64,000 nt of DNA, from NCBI GenBank assembly GCA_965601925.1, contig OZ271854.1:3872001-3936000 (forward strand), given 5' to 3'. Of this stretch, positions 41,068-51,566 are shown one piece after another. Position numbers and translations under genes: made by a program. Origin of the DNA: Alkalispirochaeta sp. GTDB lineage: Bacteria; Spirochaetota; Spirochaetia; DSM-27196; Alkalispirochaetaceae. Each line of letters starts with the position of its first letter. Position 1 is the stretch's first letter. Under the pieces are notes generated by a model. That model worked only from the letters and a program-made list of their open reading frames with translations, was not told where the DNA came from and did not search any database.

Positions 41068-41657
41068 GACGCCACCTTCGTTAAGTTACGTTTGGCGATC
41101 TTGCCGCGTACGACGGCGGCGGTCTGTTGATCACCGAGATAGATCCGAATCATACGGATGTTCTCTTTCGTTTCGGGAATTTTGACCTTCTCGAAGAGAT
41201 TTACACGCTGCGTGGTGGTGCGAAGCTCCTCGCCGAGAAGGCGGAGCTGCTCGGCGAGAATCTTGAGCTTAGCGTCGAGCTCCAGGACCGAGCGAAGCGC
41301 TTTTACGCCGCCGTCGAGCCACGTCGGTGTACTCACGAGGTCCCAGCGTCGGTCTACGAAGATGAGATCCTCGAATACCGGGATATCGATTCCCGCGATG
41401 TTCCCGATCGAAGTTCCGATGCGTTCTACCTCCGCATAGGGCGTTACGTCGATACCGTCGGCGTAGACGCCGATCCACTCTACGAGATCCTTCCGTAGTT
41501 GCTCTTTGCTCCGCTTAAGGGCGTCGTACTCCTGCTCCACCTGGCGAATGACCATCTGCAGCTGTTGCTTCTTCAATTGCAGCGTCGGTAAGTACCGCTG
41601 GAAGCGTTTGAGCGCGTCCTTCTGCTTCTTGAGCTCGTTTTTGGTCAGCTTGACCAT
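41064..41657 (-). CDS. atpD: V/A-type ATPase subunit D
   Basis: LPTLQLKK, TTQRVNLFEKVKIP; TGATG overlap with subunit B. Confidence 0.95.
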   Translation of the reverse strand: MVKLTKNELKKQKDALKRFQRYLPTLQLKKQQLQMVIRQVEQEYDALKRSKEQLRKDLVEWIGVYADGIDVTPYAEVERIGTSIGNIAGIDIPVFEDLIFVDRRWDLVSTPTWLDGGVKALRSVLELDAKLKILAEQLRLLGEELRTTTQRVNLFEKVKIPETKENIRMIRIYLGDQQTAAVVRGKIAKRNLTKVAS

Positions 41658-42973
41658 CAGGCCGAGGCCTCCTGGGCCCGTTCGGCCGGCCAAAACTTCT
41701 TGATCAGCTCAGACTTGAGGCCCGTTTCTTGAGACTCAAAACATTCGGCCATGATGCGCCACCCTCGGTCCAGCGCCTCTTCGAGAGGAACGTTGACCGA
41801 AAGGTCCATCATATGGCGCTCGAACATCTGTCCGTATTTGAGCAGCTTGTCGTCCCATTCGCTCATCCGAAAGCCCATCGATTTCTTCTCTTGGCTCTCT
41901 TTACACGCCGCGTACAGCTTGATCATGCCGTCCATGATCGCACGATGATCGTCACGTGTCTTATCGTTGACCTGCTGCTTGAGGCGGGAGAGGGAACCGA
42001 ACGGCTCGATCCTTCCGTTGCGCAGATAGTACTGACCCTCGGTGATGTATCCCGTATTGTCCGGGACCGGGTGCGTCACGTCGTCACCGGGCATCGTGGT
42101 GACGCCCAAAATGGTGATGGAGCCCGCACCCTCGAAGTCGACCGCCTTTTCGTAGCGTGAGGCGAGCTGACTGTAGAGGTCGCCCGGGTAGCCACGGTTT
42201 GACGGCACTTGCTCCTGGGTGATGGCAATCTCTTTCATCGCGTCGGCGAAGTTGGTCATATCGGTCAGAAGAACCAACACGCGCTCACCTTTAAGGGCGA
42301 ACTTCTCGGCGACCGCCAAACTAATGTCGGGCACGAGAAGCGCCTCGACCACCGGGTCGCTCGCGGTGTGCACGAACATGATCGTACGGCTTAGGGCGCC
42401 GCCGTTCTCCAGAGTGTCCTTGAAATACAAATAGTCGTCGTGCTTAAGTCCGATGCCGCCCAGGATGATGATGTCGACCTCCGCCTGCATCGCGATTCGC
42501 GCCAACAGCGGATTATACGGCTCTCCACTCACGCTGAAGATGGGGAGCTTTTGGCTCTCGACGAGGGTATTGAAGAGGTCGATCATCGGGATACCGGTGC
42601 GAATCATGTTGCGGGGAATGATACGCTTGGCCGGGTTGACCGACGGGCCGCCGATCTCGATCAGGTTGTCGGTCAACTGCGGTCCGTTGTCACGGGGCTG
42701 ACCCGAACCGTCGAAGATGCGCCCCAGCAGATTGTCCGAAAAGGATACCTGCATAGGGTGGCCGAGAAAACGCAACTCGTCTCCGGTCGAGATACCGCGC
42801 CCACCGGCGTACACCTGAAGGCTCACCTCGTCGCCGCGCAACCGGATAACCTCAGCCAGCGAGTCACCGTAGCGACTCGCGACGACGGCAAGCTCTCCGT
42901 AGTTGACGCCCGACGCCTTAACGTTGATGACGTTTCCGACGATCGACTCGATTCGGCTGTATACCTTACGCAT
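41657..42973 (-). CDS. atpB: V/A-type ATPase subunit B
   Basis: [36 protein letters not shown]. Confidence 0.97.
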   Translation of the reverse strand: MRKVYSRIESIVGNVINVKASGVNYGELAVVASRYGDSLAEVIRLRGDEVSLQVYAGGRGISTGDELRFLGHPMQVSFSDNLLGRIFDGSGQPRDNGPQLTDNLIEIGGPSVNPAKRIIPRNMIRTGIPMIDLFNTLVESQKLPIFSVSGEPYNPLLARIAMQAEVDIIILGGIGLKHDDYLYFKDTLENGGALSRTIMFVHTASDPVVEALLVPDISLAVAEKFALKGERVLVLLTDMTNFADAMKEIAITQEQVPSNRGYPGDLYSQLASRYEKAVDFEGAGSITILGVTTMPGDDVTHPVPDNTGYITEGQYYLRNGRIEPFGSLSRLKQQVNDKTRDDHRAIMDGMIKLYAACKESQEKKSMGFRMSEWDDKLLKYGQMFERHMMDLSVNVPLEEALDRGWRIMAECFESQETGLKSELIKKFWPAERAQEASA

Positions 42974-44738
42974 GATTTCCTCGCTTGCTGTAGGACTCTT
43001 CGGCCGCGCTCTCCAGGCCGTCGGAGACCCCGTCCACCATGGAGACGATCTCCGACTCGAGCCGCGCGAACTCGTCGGACTCCCACTCGGCGCTGTTGTA
43101 GTCGATAAACTTCTGACGGAGTTGGTAGAAGAAGTTACGCGCCTGATCTTTTCCGTCCATTTTCAGGCGACTGCCCAGAATGCGAAATAGTACGTCGAAT
43201 ACGTGCCGTTGCCGTTCCACATTGACCGCCGCGTCGACCGGGTCGAAGGCGTTTTGCTGGAGATACACGGCGTCGAGAAAGTCACCCTTCAGATACAGGA
43301 GATAATCCTCGAGGGCGGTGCCCTCCTCACCGACGACCTTCATCATCTGGCCGACTTCGTCGCCGCGAAAAAGGATATCTCTGGCGTACTCGGTCAGGCT
43401 GGTGTTGACGAGTCCCGGGTATTTGCTCCAGCTGTCCATCGGATCGATCGCCGGGTACTTTCTGGCGTCCGAACGGGAGCGCGACAGCCCGTGAAACGCC
43501 CCGACGACCTTGAGGGTCGCCTGCGTAACCGGCTCCTCGAAGTTACCGCCGGCGGGACTCACGGTGCCGCCGATGGTGACCGAGCCGGTGTTGCCGTCCT
43601 TGAGGCGAACGACGCCGGCGCGCTCGTAGAACGATGCAATGACCGACTCGAGGTAGGCGGGAAAGGCCTCCTCACCGGGGATCTCCTCCAGGCGACCGCT
43701 CATCTCGCGCATCGCCTGCGCCCAGCGGCTGGTGGAGTCTGCGAGCAAGAGGACGTTGAGTCCCATCTGGCGGTAGTATTCTGCGATCGTGACCGCCGTA
43801 TAGACCGAGGCCTCGCGTGCCGCGACGGGCATCGAACTTGTGTTACAGATAATGACGGTGCGCTCCATGAGCGACTTTCCGGTCCGGGGGTCGATGAGCT
43901 CGGGAAACTCGCGCAGCGTCTCTACGACCTCGCCCGCGCGCTCACCGCACGCCGCCACGATAACGACGTCGACGTCGGCGTTACGGCTGGTAATCTGCTG
44001 GAGTACGGTCTTTCCCGCGCCGAAAGGGCCGGGAATACAGTAGGTGCCGCCGCGCGCTACCGGTAGAAAGGTGTCGATAATCCGCACCTTGGTGACCATC
44101 GGTTCTTCGGGACGCATGCGTTCGGCGTAGGCGTTGATCGCGCGCTTTACCGGCCATTCGAAGACCATCGTAATCTCGTGACTCGTGCCGTCTTCGCCCT
44201 CAACGACCGCCACGGTATGGTCGACGGTGTAGTCGCCCGCCGGAGTCACCGTCTTCACGGTGTACACGCCCAGCATACCGAACGGGATCATGATGCGGTG
44301 GCGGAATATGCCCTCCTCAACCGAGCCGACCTCGTCGCCTCGCGTGAGCGTATCGCCGGGCTTTACCGAGGGCGTGAAGCTCCACGTGCGAGTACGGTCG
44401 AGGGCCTTGAGGTAGACACCGCGCTGAAGGAAGAAGCCGGCCTGTTCGGCCAACTCGGGCAGTGGATTCTGCAGACCGTCGCAAACGGTGGAAAGGAGCC
44501 CGGGTCCCAACTCGACGGCGAGAAGCTCACCGGTGAAATCGACGTTGTCTCCGACGGCGACGCCTTTGGTATCTTCGAATACCTGTACCTCGACTTGGTC
44601 TCCGCGTACGCGAATAACCTCCGCCTTGAGACGTTTGTCCTCGACGTTGATGTATCCGACCTCGTTCATCGAAACGTCTCCGCTCACCGAAACACTTACC
44701 ATGTTCCCGTTTACGGCAACTACACTACCTGTTGTCAT
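42966..44738 (-). CDS. atpA: V/A-type ATPase subunit A
   Basis: [24 protein letters not shown]. Confidence 0.97.
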   Translation of the reverse strand: MTTGSVVAVNGNMVSVSVSGDVSMNEVGYINVEDKRLKAEVIRVRGDQVEVQVFEDTKGVAVGDNVDFTGELLAVELGPGLLSTVCDGLQNPLPELAEQAGFFLQRGVYLKALDRTRTWSFTPSVKPGDTLTRGDEVGSVEEGIFRHRIMIPFGMLGVYTVKTVTPAGDYTVDHTVAVVEGEDGTSHEITMVFEWPVKRAINAYAERMRPEEPMVTKVRIIDTFLPVARGGTYCIPGPFGAGKTVLQQITSRNADVDVVIVAACGERAGEVVETLREFPELIDPRTGKSLMERTVIICNTSSMPVAAREASVYTAVTIAEYYRQMGLNVLLLADSTSRWAQAMREMSGRLEEIPGEEAFPAYLESVIASFYERAGVVRLKDGNTGSVTIGGTVSPAGGNFEEPVTQATLKVVGAFHGLSRSRSDARKYPAIDPMDSWSKYPGLVNTSLTEYARDILFRGDEVGQMMKVVGEEGTALEDYLLYLKGDFLDAVYLQQNAFDPVDAAVNVERQRHVFDVLFRILGSRLKMDGKDQARNFFYQLRQKFIDYNSAEWESDEFARLESEIVSMVDGVSDGLESAAEESYSKRGNHA

Positions 44739-45304
44739 GTCGCAATCTCCATCAATGACTGTGCAACCTCGTTATACTGGTGATCAAACGCCTCGCCGCC
44801 GGCCTCGCTATCGTTGATACGAGCCCTACGCGCGGCGATCTGTAGTTTGAGGTGATACACGACCAGTTTTTCGCGATCGAAGTGGTGCCCCGTCTCGAGG
44901 CTGTCCGCGGTTTGCCACAGCCAGCGAAGGAGCGCGTTTTCTATCTTTAAGGGATTATCTTCGTTGAGAATCTGGCGCAGCCGCTCCGGTATGGACGGAT
45001 CGGTGACGTCCGGTCGCGGGAGACGATCGGCCTCCCATCCGAGGGCCTGGGCTCGTAGGAGCGCCGCCTGCCGCTGGAACTCGCGCACGGTCTTATTCCA
45101 CGCCCCGAGGACTCCGTAATGCGTCGTTTCGTCGGTGTCGTCCGCCCGCTCCTCCAGAAGGATTGCGGCCTCGGAGACGTAGCGTAGGTCCTCTGCGCTC
45201 AGTTCGATCTCGCATACGGCAAGAAACTCGGCGCGAGAGAGAAACGGCGGCTCCTCCAGCTTGAGACCGGGTAACGATGCAACGGTGTAATAGTATTGGT
45301 TCAC
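44735..45304 (-). CDS. V-ATPase subunit C-like protein (DUF2764)
   Basis: YYY..ASLP.L..; 'HHFD...LVVY.LKLQI'; located between E and A. Confidence 0.8.
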   Translation of the reverse strand: MNQYYYTVASLPGLKLEEPPFLSRAEFLAVCEIELSAEDLRYVSEAAILLEERADDTDETTHYGVLGAWNKTVREFQRQAALLRAQALGWEADRLPRPDVTDPSIPERLRQILNEDNPLKIENALLRWLWQTADSLETGHHFDREKLVVYHLKLQIAARRARINDSEAGGEAFDHQYNEVAQSLMEIAT

Positions 45305-45317
45305 CGAAGCGCGCCTC

Positions 45318-45929
45318 TTAGGAGCGACCGGCGTTGCGCATCAGTTCCGCCAGGCGCGGGTTGAGATACGCGGCGAGGAGATCCGCGAGTGTCTCTTCGG
45401 TGAAGTCGTAGTACGAAGCACCGTCCTTGGAGCCGATGCGGAATCCGGCGGCGATACCTTTGACGGGACGGATCTCGACGCCTTTGGCGAGCGTCGCCGA
45501 GAGCGCTTTGTGCAGACTCTTCTCCAGAGCGTCGCGATCGTTTTCTCCGACCAGCACCTCGATCCCATCGCTCTCGGAGGTGCTCCACGTCTTCACCAGT
45601 TGTGCGATGAGGTCGGCCATCCGATCGGGGGTCAACGCGGCGGCGACCTCTTCGCGTTGTACACTGCCGAACAGCGCCGTAAGTTCCGTGCGCACAGCGA
45701 GAAGAAGATCGCGCGAGGCCTGTTTAAGAGCCGCCTCGCCGGCGGCTTTGGTGCGTGCGGCTTCCTCGTGAGCTTCTTTTACGATCGTTTCGGCCTGCTC
45801 ACGGGCGCGATCGATCGACGCCTGCGCCTGCTTTTCCGCGGAGTCAATGATCTGGCGCGTTCGTTCCTCCGCGCCCTTGATCCCCTCGCTATGGATCTTT
45901 TCGATTATGTCCTGCAGTTGCGTGTCCAT
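45318..45929 (-). CDS. atpE: V/A-type ATPase subunit E
   Basis: LQDIIEKI..EG, coiled coil, GFRIG, YDFT, YLNPRL; AAGGA SD. Confidence 0.92.
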   Translation of the reverse strand: MDTQLQDIIEKIHSEGIKGAEERTRQIIDSAEKQAQASIDRAREQAETIVKEAHEEAARTKAAGEAALKQASRDLLLAVRTELTALFGSVQREEVAAALTPDRMADLIAQLVKTWSTSESDGIEVLVGENDRDALEKSLHKALSATLAKGVEIRPVKGIAAGFRIGSKDGASYYDFTEETLADLLAAYLNPRLAELMRNAGRS

Positions 45930-45965
45930 GTGTGATCCTTTGTGTCCGTATTCAACGTCCACGTC

Positions 45966-45995
45966 ATACTATATTCAAGCGAGACGCCAGGACAA
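45966..45995 (-). promoter_or_regulatory. Putative promoter of the V-ATPase operon
   Basis: TTGTCC-N18-TAGTAT (or N16-TATAGT). Confidence 0.5.
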
Positions 45996-46055
45996 GGCCG
46001 AAACCGATTTTGTTTATGAAATCGTTCTTTTACGATCGATTTCGTCGGTAGAGAA

Positions 46056-46454
46056 TTACGCGGTTCCGAGGGAGAGGTCGCCGATGATTTTGAACAGATC
46101 GCCCTCTCGCACCACATCGAGCGTTCTATCGGGAAAGAAGCGCGGAACGAGTTCGCGGACTCGTCGCGCCGTGTACTCGCGGATCTCCTCGACGACCGAG
46201 CGCTCAACGTCGGTCAGGGTAACCATACGCACCTCGATGACATACCCCTTGCCGTGTTCGCTCCCGTAGCCGGCGGAAAACGACGCGCCGACGTTGAATA
46301 GACCGTCATGTTCGCTGTTGGACGACAGTCCGCGCGAGAGGCGCGCCGGGTGGAGGGGATAGCGCGCGCCCCAGCGATCCTCGAGTTCGCGGTCGATTTC
46401 ATCGAAGAGCCGCTTGAGCGTTCGCTCAAATGATAGGACTTCTCGGCCGCGCAT
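46056..46454 (-). CDS. Hypothetical cytoplasmic protein
   Basis: Typical codon pattern, fills the gap; motif HPAR..G..SN..DGLF..GASFSAGYGS. Confidence 0.75.
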   Translation of the reverse strand: MRGREVLSFERTLKRLFDEIDRELEDRWGARYPLHPARLSRGLSSNSEHDGLFNVGASFSAGYGSEHGKGYVIEVRMVTLTDVERSVVEEIREYTARRVRELVPRFFPDRTLDVVREGDLFKIIGDLSLGTA

Positions 46455-46457
46455 CGC

Positions 46458-47084
46458 CTATTCGTGCCGTATACGCAGAACGACGTCCTCACGATTGAGG
46501 AGGAGCGTGGCCATGGGCACCGACCACATGAGATCTCGGCCGCGCCGATCGCTCTCCAAACGCGCCCCCTCGACCTCGGCGACGACGACTTCCATCGGTT
46601 CGGTGCCGCGGATGCGAATCGAGAACTGCTCTCCCCGGAAGGCGTCGGCGATCAACGTGCGCTGCTCCTCATCCGCTTCGGCGAGACCCCGTGCCAACGG
46701 GATAGAAAGTTCGCCGGTGTCGGGATCGAACTCGAGCGCGCGCCCCTCGATTCCGCCCCAGATCGAGGCGAGACTCTCCACCGAACCGACGCGATAGCGG
46801 GTCGTCACCGAGACGCGCTCGTCCCCCGTATCGATCGAATGGTCGGTAAGCTCAACGTCATCGTACAAGCCGGCGGTCTCGCGAGCGTCTCTGAGAGAGA
46901 CGGGAATCGGACGTTCCGGGCTGTCTTGGTCGAACACGCCCAGCTCCCATATCGACCGAGGCATCTCGTAATCGATCGCTAACTCAATTCTCTCGGGGTT
47001 CCGTACATCGAGGGATACATTCGTGGAAAGACATGCGGTCGATAGGACCGCCGTGATGGTGACAACGACAATGAGCTTCTTCAC
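46458..47084 (-). CDS. Hypothetical lipoprotein
   Basis: GTG start, KKLIVV..LSTAC lipobox. Confidence 0.7.
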   Translation of the reverse strand: MKKLIVVVTITAVLSTACLSTNVSLDVRNPERIELAIDYEMPRSIWELGVFDQDSPERPIPVSLRDARETAGLYDDVELTDHSIDTGDERVSVTTRYRVGSVESLASIWGGIEGRALEFDPDTGELSIPLARGLAEADEEQRTLIADAFRGEQFSIRIRGTEPMEVVVAEVEGARLESDRRGRDLMWSVPMATLLLNREDVVLRIRHE

Positions 47085-47110
47085 GGCCGAGAGCCTACCT
47101 CGGAAACTCG

Positions 47111-49453
47111 TCAAAGCTCAACTACGGTCTTCCCGAATCCACCCTCCTCGGGGCGCGCGAAGTCGAAGGAGCGCACCTCGCGCCGTGAAAGGAGGTAGTC
47201 CCGGACGCCTTTCTGCAGTACGCCGGTGCCCGTGCCGTGAATTATTGAAAAGCGGGTCAACCCCGAGAGCACCGCGCCGTCGATCTGGCGCTCCAACTCC
47301 TGGATCGCCTCCGCGAGGCGGCGTCCTCGGATATCGAGCTCCAACTCGGGTCGCGTATCGACGGACGCATCGTGGTGGTACGAGGTGGACGTGAGGGAAC
47401 GATCCGTCGCGGTGAGGCGCTTCTTCGTCAGTTCGCGAAGAGGGACGCTCATTCTAATCGCTCCGAACTGCACCTCAGAGCGTTTACCGCGTACACTGCG
47501 CACGACACCCTCGCGCCCGGTGCGGCGGTGAATGACCGTATCCCCCTCGGCCGGTGGAGAGCCCTCCTCGGTCGGTTCCGGTTCCACGCGGTGCGAGAGA
47601 AGCTTCTCATCCTCAGCGTCGCGTGACGCCTCGAGCTCCCGAATCGCCTCTTGGGCGTGCAGAATGTCCTCTTTGGCGAGGTTCGTCCCTTGGTGCCGTA
47701 ATCGTCGCACCTCGGCCTCGATTCTTCGCCTACCGTCGCCGAGGATTCGATTGATCGCGGCCAACCCCTCGGCGCGCAACTCGTTTTCGCGGTGCGCCAG
47801 CTCGCGCTCGCCGTCGGTTAGTGCCGATTCACGCTCGTCGAGCAACGTTGCGCGTTCATCGACCGCCTCGAGGCGCTCGGCGAGGCGTCGCTCACCCTCT
47901 CCGAGGCGGTTAATGATCTCCGCGACGCTATGTTCGCCGCGGTCTTGATACGACCGGGCACGCTCGATGATCGCCGCGTCGAGGCCGACCCGTTGCGCCG
48001 TATCGATGGCGTGGCTCGATCCGGGACGTCCCGGTACGACGCGGTAGGTGGGGCGTTGCGACGCCTCGTCAAAGGCCATCGATGCGTTGGCCGCCTGGGT
48101 TCGCGTATACCCATAGTGTTTGAGCACCGTCTGGTGTGTCGTGACCACAACGGTGCTCCCCTGCTCTATTAGGTGATCCACGACCGCCATGGAGAGCGCC
48201 GCGGCCTCCTCGGGATCGGTACCGCCGCCCAGCTCATCGAGGAGGATGAGGCTACCGACGGCGGCGTGGTCGCACACCTCGGCAAGATTACGCAGGTGCC
48301 CGGAGAACGTGGAGAGTGCGGCATCCAATGATTGTTCGTCGCCTATGTCGACTCCCCAGTAATCGAAGAGCGGAATCACGCTGCCGTCGTCGACGGGGAC
48401 GGGAATCGCGCTCTGATTCATCATGCTCAACAGTCCGACCGTCTTGAGAAGTACCGTCTTGCCGCCGGTGTTGGGTCCGCTGACCACGACGATGCGCGTC
48501 GCCTCGTCGAAGGCGATATCCAGAGGCACGCACGCGCTTCCCAACAGCGGATGGCAGGCACCCTTGAGGACGATGCGCTCCCCGACCGGCAGAATGCGAC
48601 CGCCGTGGCGGATGGTGTACCGAGCCCGGGCGAGGAGCGTATCGGCATCGACTATCCGCTCGTGCAGGACGTCAAGGGCCTCGACGTGTTCGCGTACCAG
48701 GGAGCTGAGGCGGCGCAGGACGCGCTGAATTTCGCGGAGGATCGCGTTGGAGGCGTGGACGAGACCGTTGTTGAGGTCGACGATCTCTCGCGGCTCGACG
48801 TATAACGTCTCTCCGCTTCCAGACGCTTCGTGTACGATCCCGTCGATACGTCCGCGAAAGTTTGCCGCCAAAGGAAGGACGGTCCGACCGTCGCGCACGG
48901 TCGCCTGATCGCCCCGATACATCTGTTTGTCGCGACGAATCATCTCGGCTGCGGCATCGAGTATGGTGCGGTTGAGCCTGCGGATGTCACTGCGCAGGCC
49001 GGCGATCTCCGGCACCGCATCTTCGTTTATCGTACCGTCCTCGCCGATGAGTCGTTTCAGCGGGCGTAGAAGATCCTCGGGTACTTCGAGAGCGTCGAAC
49101 TCCCCGGCGGACGACGCCTCATCCTCTTCGCCGCGCGAAAAGAACCGCCGTACGTCGTCGGCGTACTCGAGGAACACCCGTATATCGCGGAGCGCATCGC
49201 CGTCGGCGACCGCACCGTCCCGCGCAATCTCGTCCAGGATCGGTCGTATCGCGGGAACCGCGCCGGCCGGTATTGCGGCTCCCGACTCCAAGCGTGTGAG
49301 GATGTCCCGGACCGTCGCTTGTCGCGAGGCGAGTCGGTCGGAATCGACGATCGGCTCCATGCGCGTGAGTACGTCGGCAGCCTCTTCGCACGAGGCGTAC
49401 TCGGCGACCGCGGCGCGAATGCGGTCAAACTCCAACAAATGAATCGAATCCAT
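47111..49453 (-). CDS. mutS2: Endonuclease MutS2 (Smr domain)
   Basis: GPNTGGKT, DIGDEQS..STFSGH, DELGGGTDP, IIHGTGTG, GGFGKT. Confidence 0.95.
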   Translation of the reverse strand: MDSIHLLEFDRIRAAVAEYASCEEAADVLTRMEPIVDSDRLASRQATVRDILTRLESGAAIPAGAVPAIRPILDEIARDGAVADGDALRDIRVFLEYADDVRRFFSRGEEDEASSAGEFDALEVPEDLLRPLKRLIGEDGTINEDAVPEIAGLRSDIRRLNRTILDAAAEMIRRDKQMYRGDQATVRDGRTVLPLAANFRGRIDGIVHEASGSGETLYVEPREIVDLNNGLVHASNAILREIQRVLRRLSSLVREHVEALDVLHERIVDADTLLARARYTIRHGGRILPVGERIVLKGACHPLLGSACVPLDIAFDEATRIVVVSGPNTGGKTVLLKTVGLLSMMNQSAIPVPVDDGSVIPLFDYWGVDIGDEQSLDAALSTFSGHLRNLAEVCDHAAVGSLILLDELGGGTDPEEAAALSMAVVDHLIEQGSTVVVTTHQTVLKHYGYTRTQAANASMAFDEASQRPTYRVVPGRPGSSHAIDTAQRVGLDAAIIERARSYQDRGEHSVAEIINRLGEGERRLAERLEAVDERATLLDERESALTDGERELAHRENELRAEGLAAINRILGDGRRRIEAEVRRLRHQGTNLAKEDILHAQEAIRELEASRDAEDEKLLSHRVEPEPTEEGSPPAEGDTVIHRRTGREGVVRSVRGKRSEVQFGAIRMSVPLRELTKKRLTATDRSLTSTSYHHDASVDTRPELELDIRGRRLAEAIQELERQIDGAVLSGLTRFSIIHGTGTGVLQKGVRDYLLSRREVRSFDFARPEEGGFGKTVVEL

Positions 49454-49454
49454 G

Positions 49455-50387
49455 CTATCTCTCGCTGAAATCCTCTGAGATCCGGCGGTATGAGTCGTAA
49501 CGCCTCGCGTGTATCGCCCCCGACTCCACCGCGGCTCGGACGGCACACCCCGGCTCGTGGAGGTGCGTGCAACCGGGCATCCGGCAATCGGGTATGAAAG
49601 AGCGAAACTCTCGAAATCCGCCGGCGATCTCGACCAAGTCGTATCCGAACAGATCGTACTCTCGCACGCCCGGCGTGTCGATCAGTATCGTATCGCCGTG
49701 CGGGGATCGTCGAGCAATCACTTGACGGGCGAGCGTCGTGGTGTGGCGGCCTCGGTTGTAGCGTCGTGAAACCTCTCCGACGGCAAGATCGGCCCCCGGC
49801 ACCAGACGGTTTATGAGTGAGGACTTACCGACTCCCGACTGCCCGAAGAGCGCGGAAACGAGCCCCTCACCGTCGCCTCTAAGCCGCGCGGTGTCGTCGC
49901 GACCGAAGCGTTCGGACGCGTCTACGGCGCAGGTTCGGAAGACCGCGTAACCCACCTCTTCGAGAATGCGCTGGTGCTCCTCCGCGTCCGTGGGGTTGGG
50001 AAGGTCCGACTTATTGACGATAAGTGCGATCGGGATACGCTCCAGCTCGGCCATCGTCAGGACACGGTCGACGAAGTGTGCCCGATAGGTCGGCGAGGAG
50101 GCGCTGGTGACGAGGTACATTCGATCGACGTTTGCCGCGACCGCCTGGAGGCGCTGCCGTTTGCGATTCCACCGCACCACGGCGTTTCGGCGGGGAATGC
50201 GGCTCAGAATACGCGCGGTGCCAAGCTCGAGATCGAGCGCCACGCCGTCGCCGGGCGCCAAGGGGTTATGCTCGTCTTCTGCGCCGGGAAGTACCTTCCC
50301 CTTGAGTCGTACGTGTTCGTACAGCTCGCCGTTTTCGGCGCGGATATCGTATATGTTGTTGGCGCCCCACAAGACGGTGCCGTTCAC
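49455..50387 (-). CDS. rsgA: Ribosome small subunit-dependent GTPase A
   Basis: NKSD, GQSGVGKSS, GRHTTT, DTPG, C..C.H.EPGC; GTGA overlap with murI. Confidence 0.95.
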   Translation of the reverse strand: MNGTVLWGANNIYDIRAENGELYEHVRLKGKVLPGAEDEHNPLAPGDGVALDLELGTARILSRIPRRNAVVRWNRKRQRLQAVAANVDRMYLVTSASSPTYRAHFVDRVLTMAELERIPIALIVNKSDLPNPTDAEEHQRILEEVGYAVFRTCAVDASERFGRDDTARLRGDGEGLVSALFGQSGVGKSSLINRLVPGADLAVGEVSRRYNRGRHTTTLARQVIARRSPHGDTILIDTPGVREYDLFGYDLVEIAGGFREFRSFIPDCRMPGCTHLHEPGCAVRAAVESGAIHARRYDSYRRISEDFSER

Positions 50388-51196
50388 CGGAGCGCGCCTA
50401 TTGCCGGCCCGACGCGCACCTCGTAGCGCTCTTCGAGACAGGACAACGACTCCGCACCGTCTCCGGTCCGGAAAAAGATCGGACGATCCGAGGCGTCGGC
50501 GTGGGCACGAGTGCGTGTCGTGCCACCGTCGACGACCTCGTGATTGAGGAGATGGGCGATACGCCGCGTGACGCCGTCTAAGGAGTCGACGACGGCGATA
50601 CGGCCTCCGAGGGCGCGCTCGAACTGTTGCCGATACGGTACGAAGTGGGTGCACGCCAACACGACCGTGTCGACGTCCGGCTCGAGGCGGTCGGTGACGT
50701 CCTCACGAATGACTCGTTCTATCTCGTCGGAACGCTCACCGCAGAGGTTTTTCTCAGCCGCGACGACGAGCCGGGGAAGCCCGAGGCGCGTCACGCGGCA
50801 GTAGCGGGCGAATTGGCGGACGAGTCCCTCGGTATACGGATCGTCGACGGTGCGGTTCGTGGCGAGTACGGCGATGTGTCCGGTGGCGGTCGCTTCGGCC
50901 GCCGGTTTCACCGCCGGCACCACTCCGACGACCGGCGTATCGGTGCCCTCACGGAGCTCTCCGAGGGCCACGACCGACGCGGTGTTGCACGCCAGAACGA
51001 TGACCGACAACGGATAGGTTTTCTCGATTCCGGTGACGAGCGATACGACTCGCTCTCGTACCGTCGCGGGCTCCTTCTCGCCGTAGGGAAAGAAGGCGTC
51101 GTCGGCGAGGTATGCGCAACGGTCGTTCGGCCTGCGGCGGCGGAACGCTTCGAGGTACGCAAGCCCGCCGACGCCGGAGTCAAAGAAGAGTACCAT
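50384..51196 (-). CDS. murI: Glutamate racemase
   Basis: FDSGVGG, PYG, LACNTAS, LACTHF. Confidence 0.95.
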   Translation of the reverse strand: MVLFFDSGVGGLAYLEAFRRRRPNDRCAYLADDAFFPYGEKEPATVRERVVSLVTGIEKTYPLSVIVLACNTASVVALGELREGTDTPVVGVVPAVKPAAEATATGHIAVLATNRTVDDPYTEGLVRQFARYCRVTRLGLPRLVVAAEKNLCGERSDEIERVIREDVTDRLEPDVDTVVLACTHFVPYRQQFERALGGRIAVVDSLDGVTRRIAHLLNHEVVDGGTTRTRAHADASDRPIFFRTGDGAESLSCLEERYEVRVGPAIGALR

Positions 51197-51205
51197 CGTC
51201 TATCG

Positions 51206-51502
51206 TCACGAAAAGAGTGCGTCGAAGTCGCTGCGGGCGTCTCGGCGTCGCGTGTCGTTTCCGGCCTGCGAAGTCCCGCCGCGCGACGCCTCTGAAAGGC
51301 GAAAGTAGTCGCAGAAGTTACTCCGCTCCTTGTCGGATACGGCCTCGGGGATCGTTTCGCGACAGTCCCAGTGAGCTCCGGGTGCGTAGAACGTGCAGTT
51401 CTTGCAACAACGAACGGGACGGTTGCATTGCGGACATTCCAAAGAACGGGTGACGACCATCTCGCGAGGAAATGTGAAACCGCAATGGTGACAATCGGCC
51501 AT
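51206..51502 (-). CDS. Small Cys-rich (probable Zn-binding) protein
   Basis: CxxC..CxxC..CCxxC..C..NFCDYF (9 Cys); good promoter directly upstream. Confidence 0.8.
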   Translation of the reverse strand: MADCHHCGFTFPREMVVTRSLECPQCNRPVRCCKNCTFYAPGAHWDCRETIPEAVSDKERSNFCDYFRLSEASRGGTSQAGNDTRRRDARSDFDALFS

Positions 51503-51563
51503 GGCGGAATTGTATCTCCACCGACACTCTTGTGCAAGTTTGGGCCGGCCCCTACACTACACA
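51503..51563. promoter_or_regulatory. Back-to-back leaderless sigma70 promoters with overlapping -35 boxes
   Basis: Minus: TTGCAC-N17-TACAAT-N6-ATG(51502). Plus: TTGTGC-N17-TACACT-N5-GTG-ATG. Confidence 0.7.
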
Positions 51564-51566
51564 GTG

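Noticed and set aside
49455..50654. N-terminal extensions in the ORF track for rsgA (also pgk, mutS2, ilvN, leuC, leuD, rluD, crtB, atpD, atpE)
   Set aside because: They overlap upstream genes or promoters; downstream starts with an SD or stop/start overlap fit the family N-termini better
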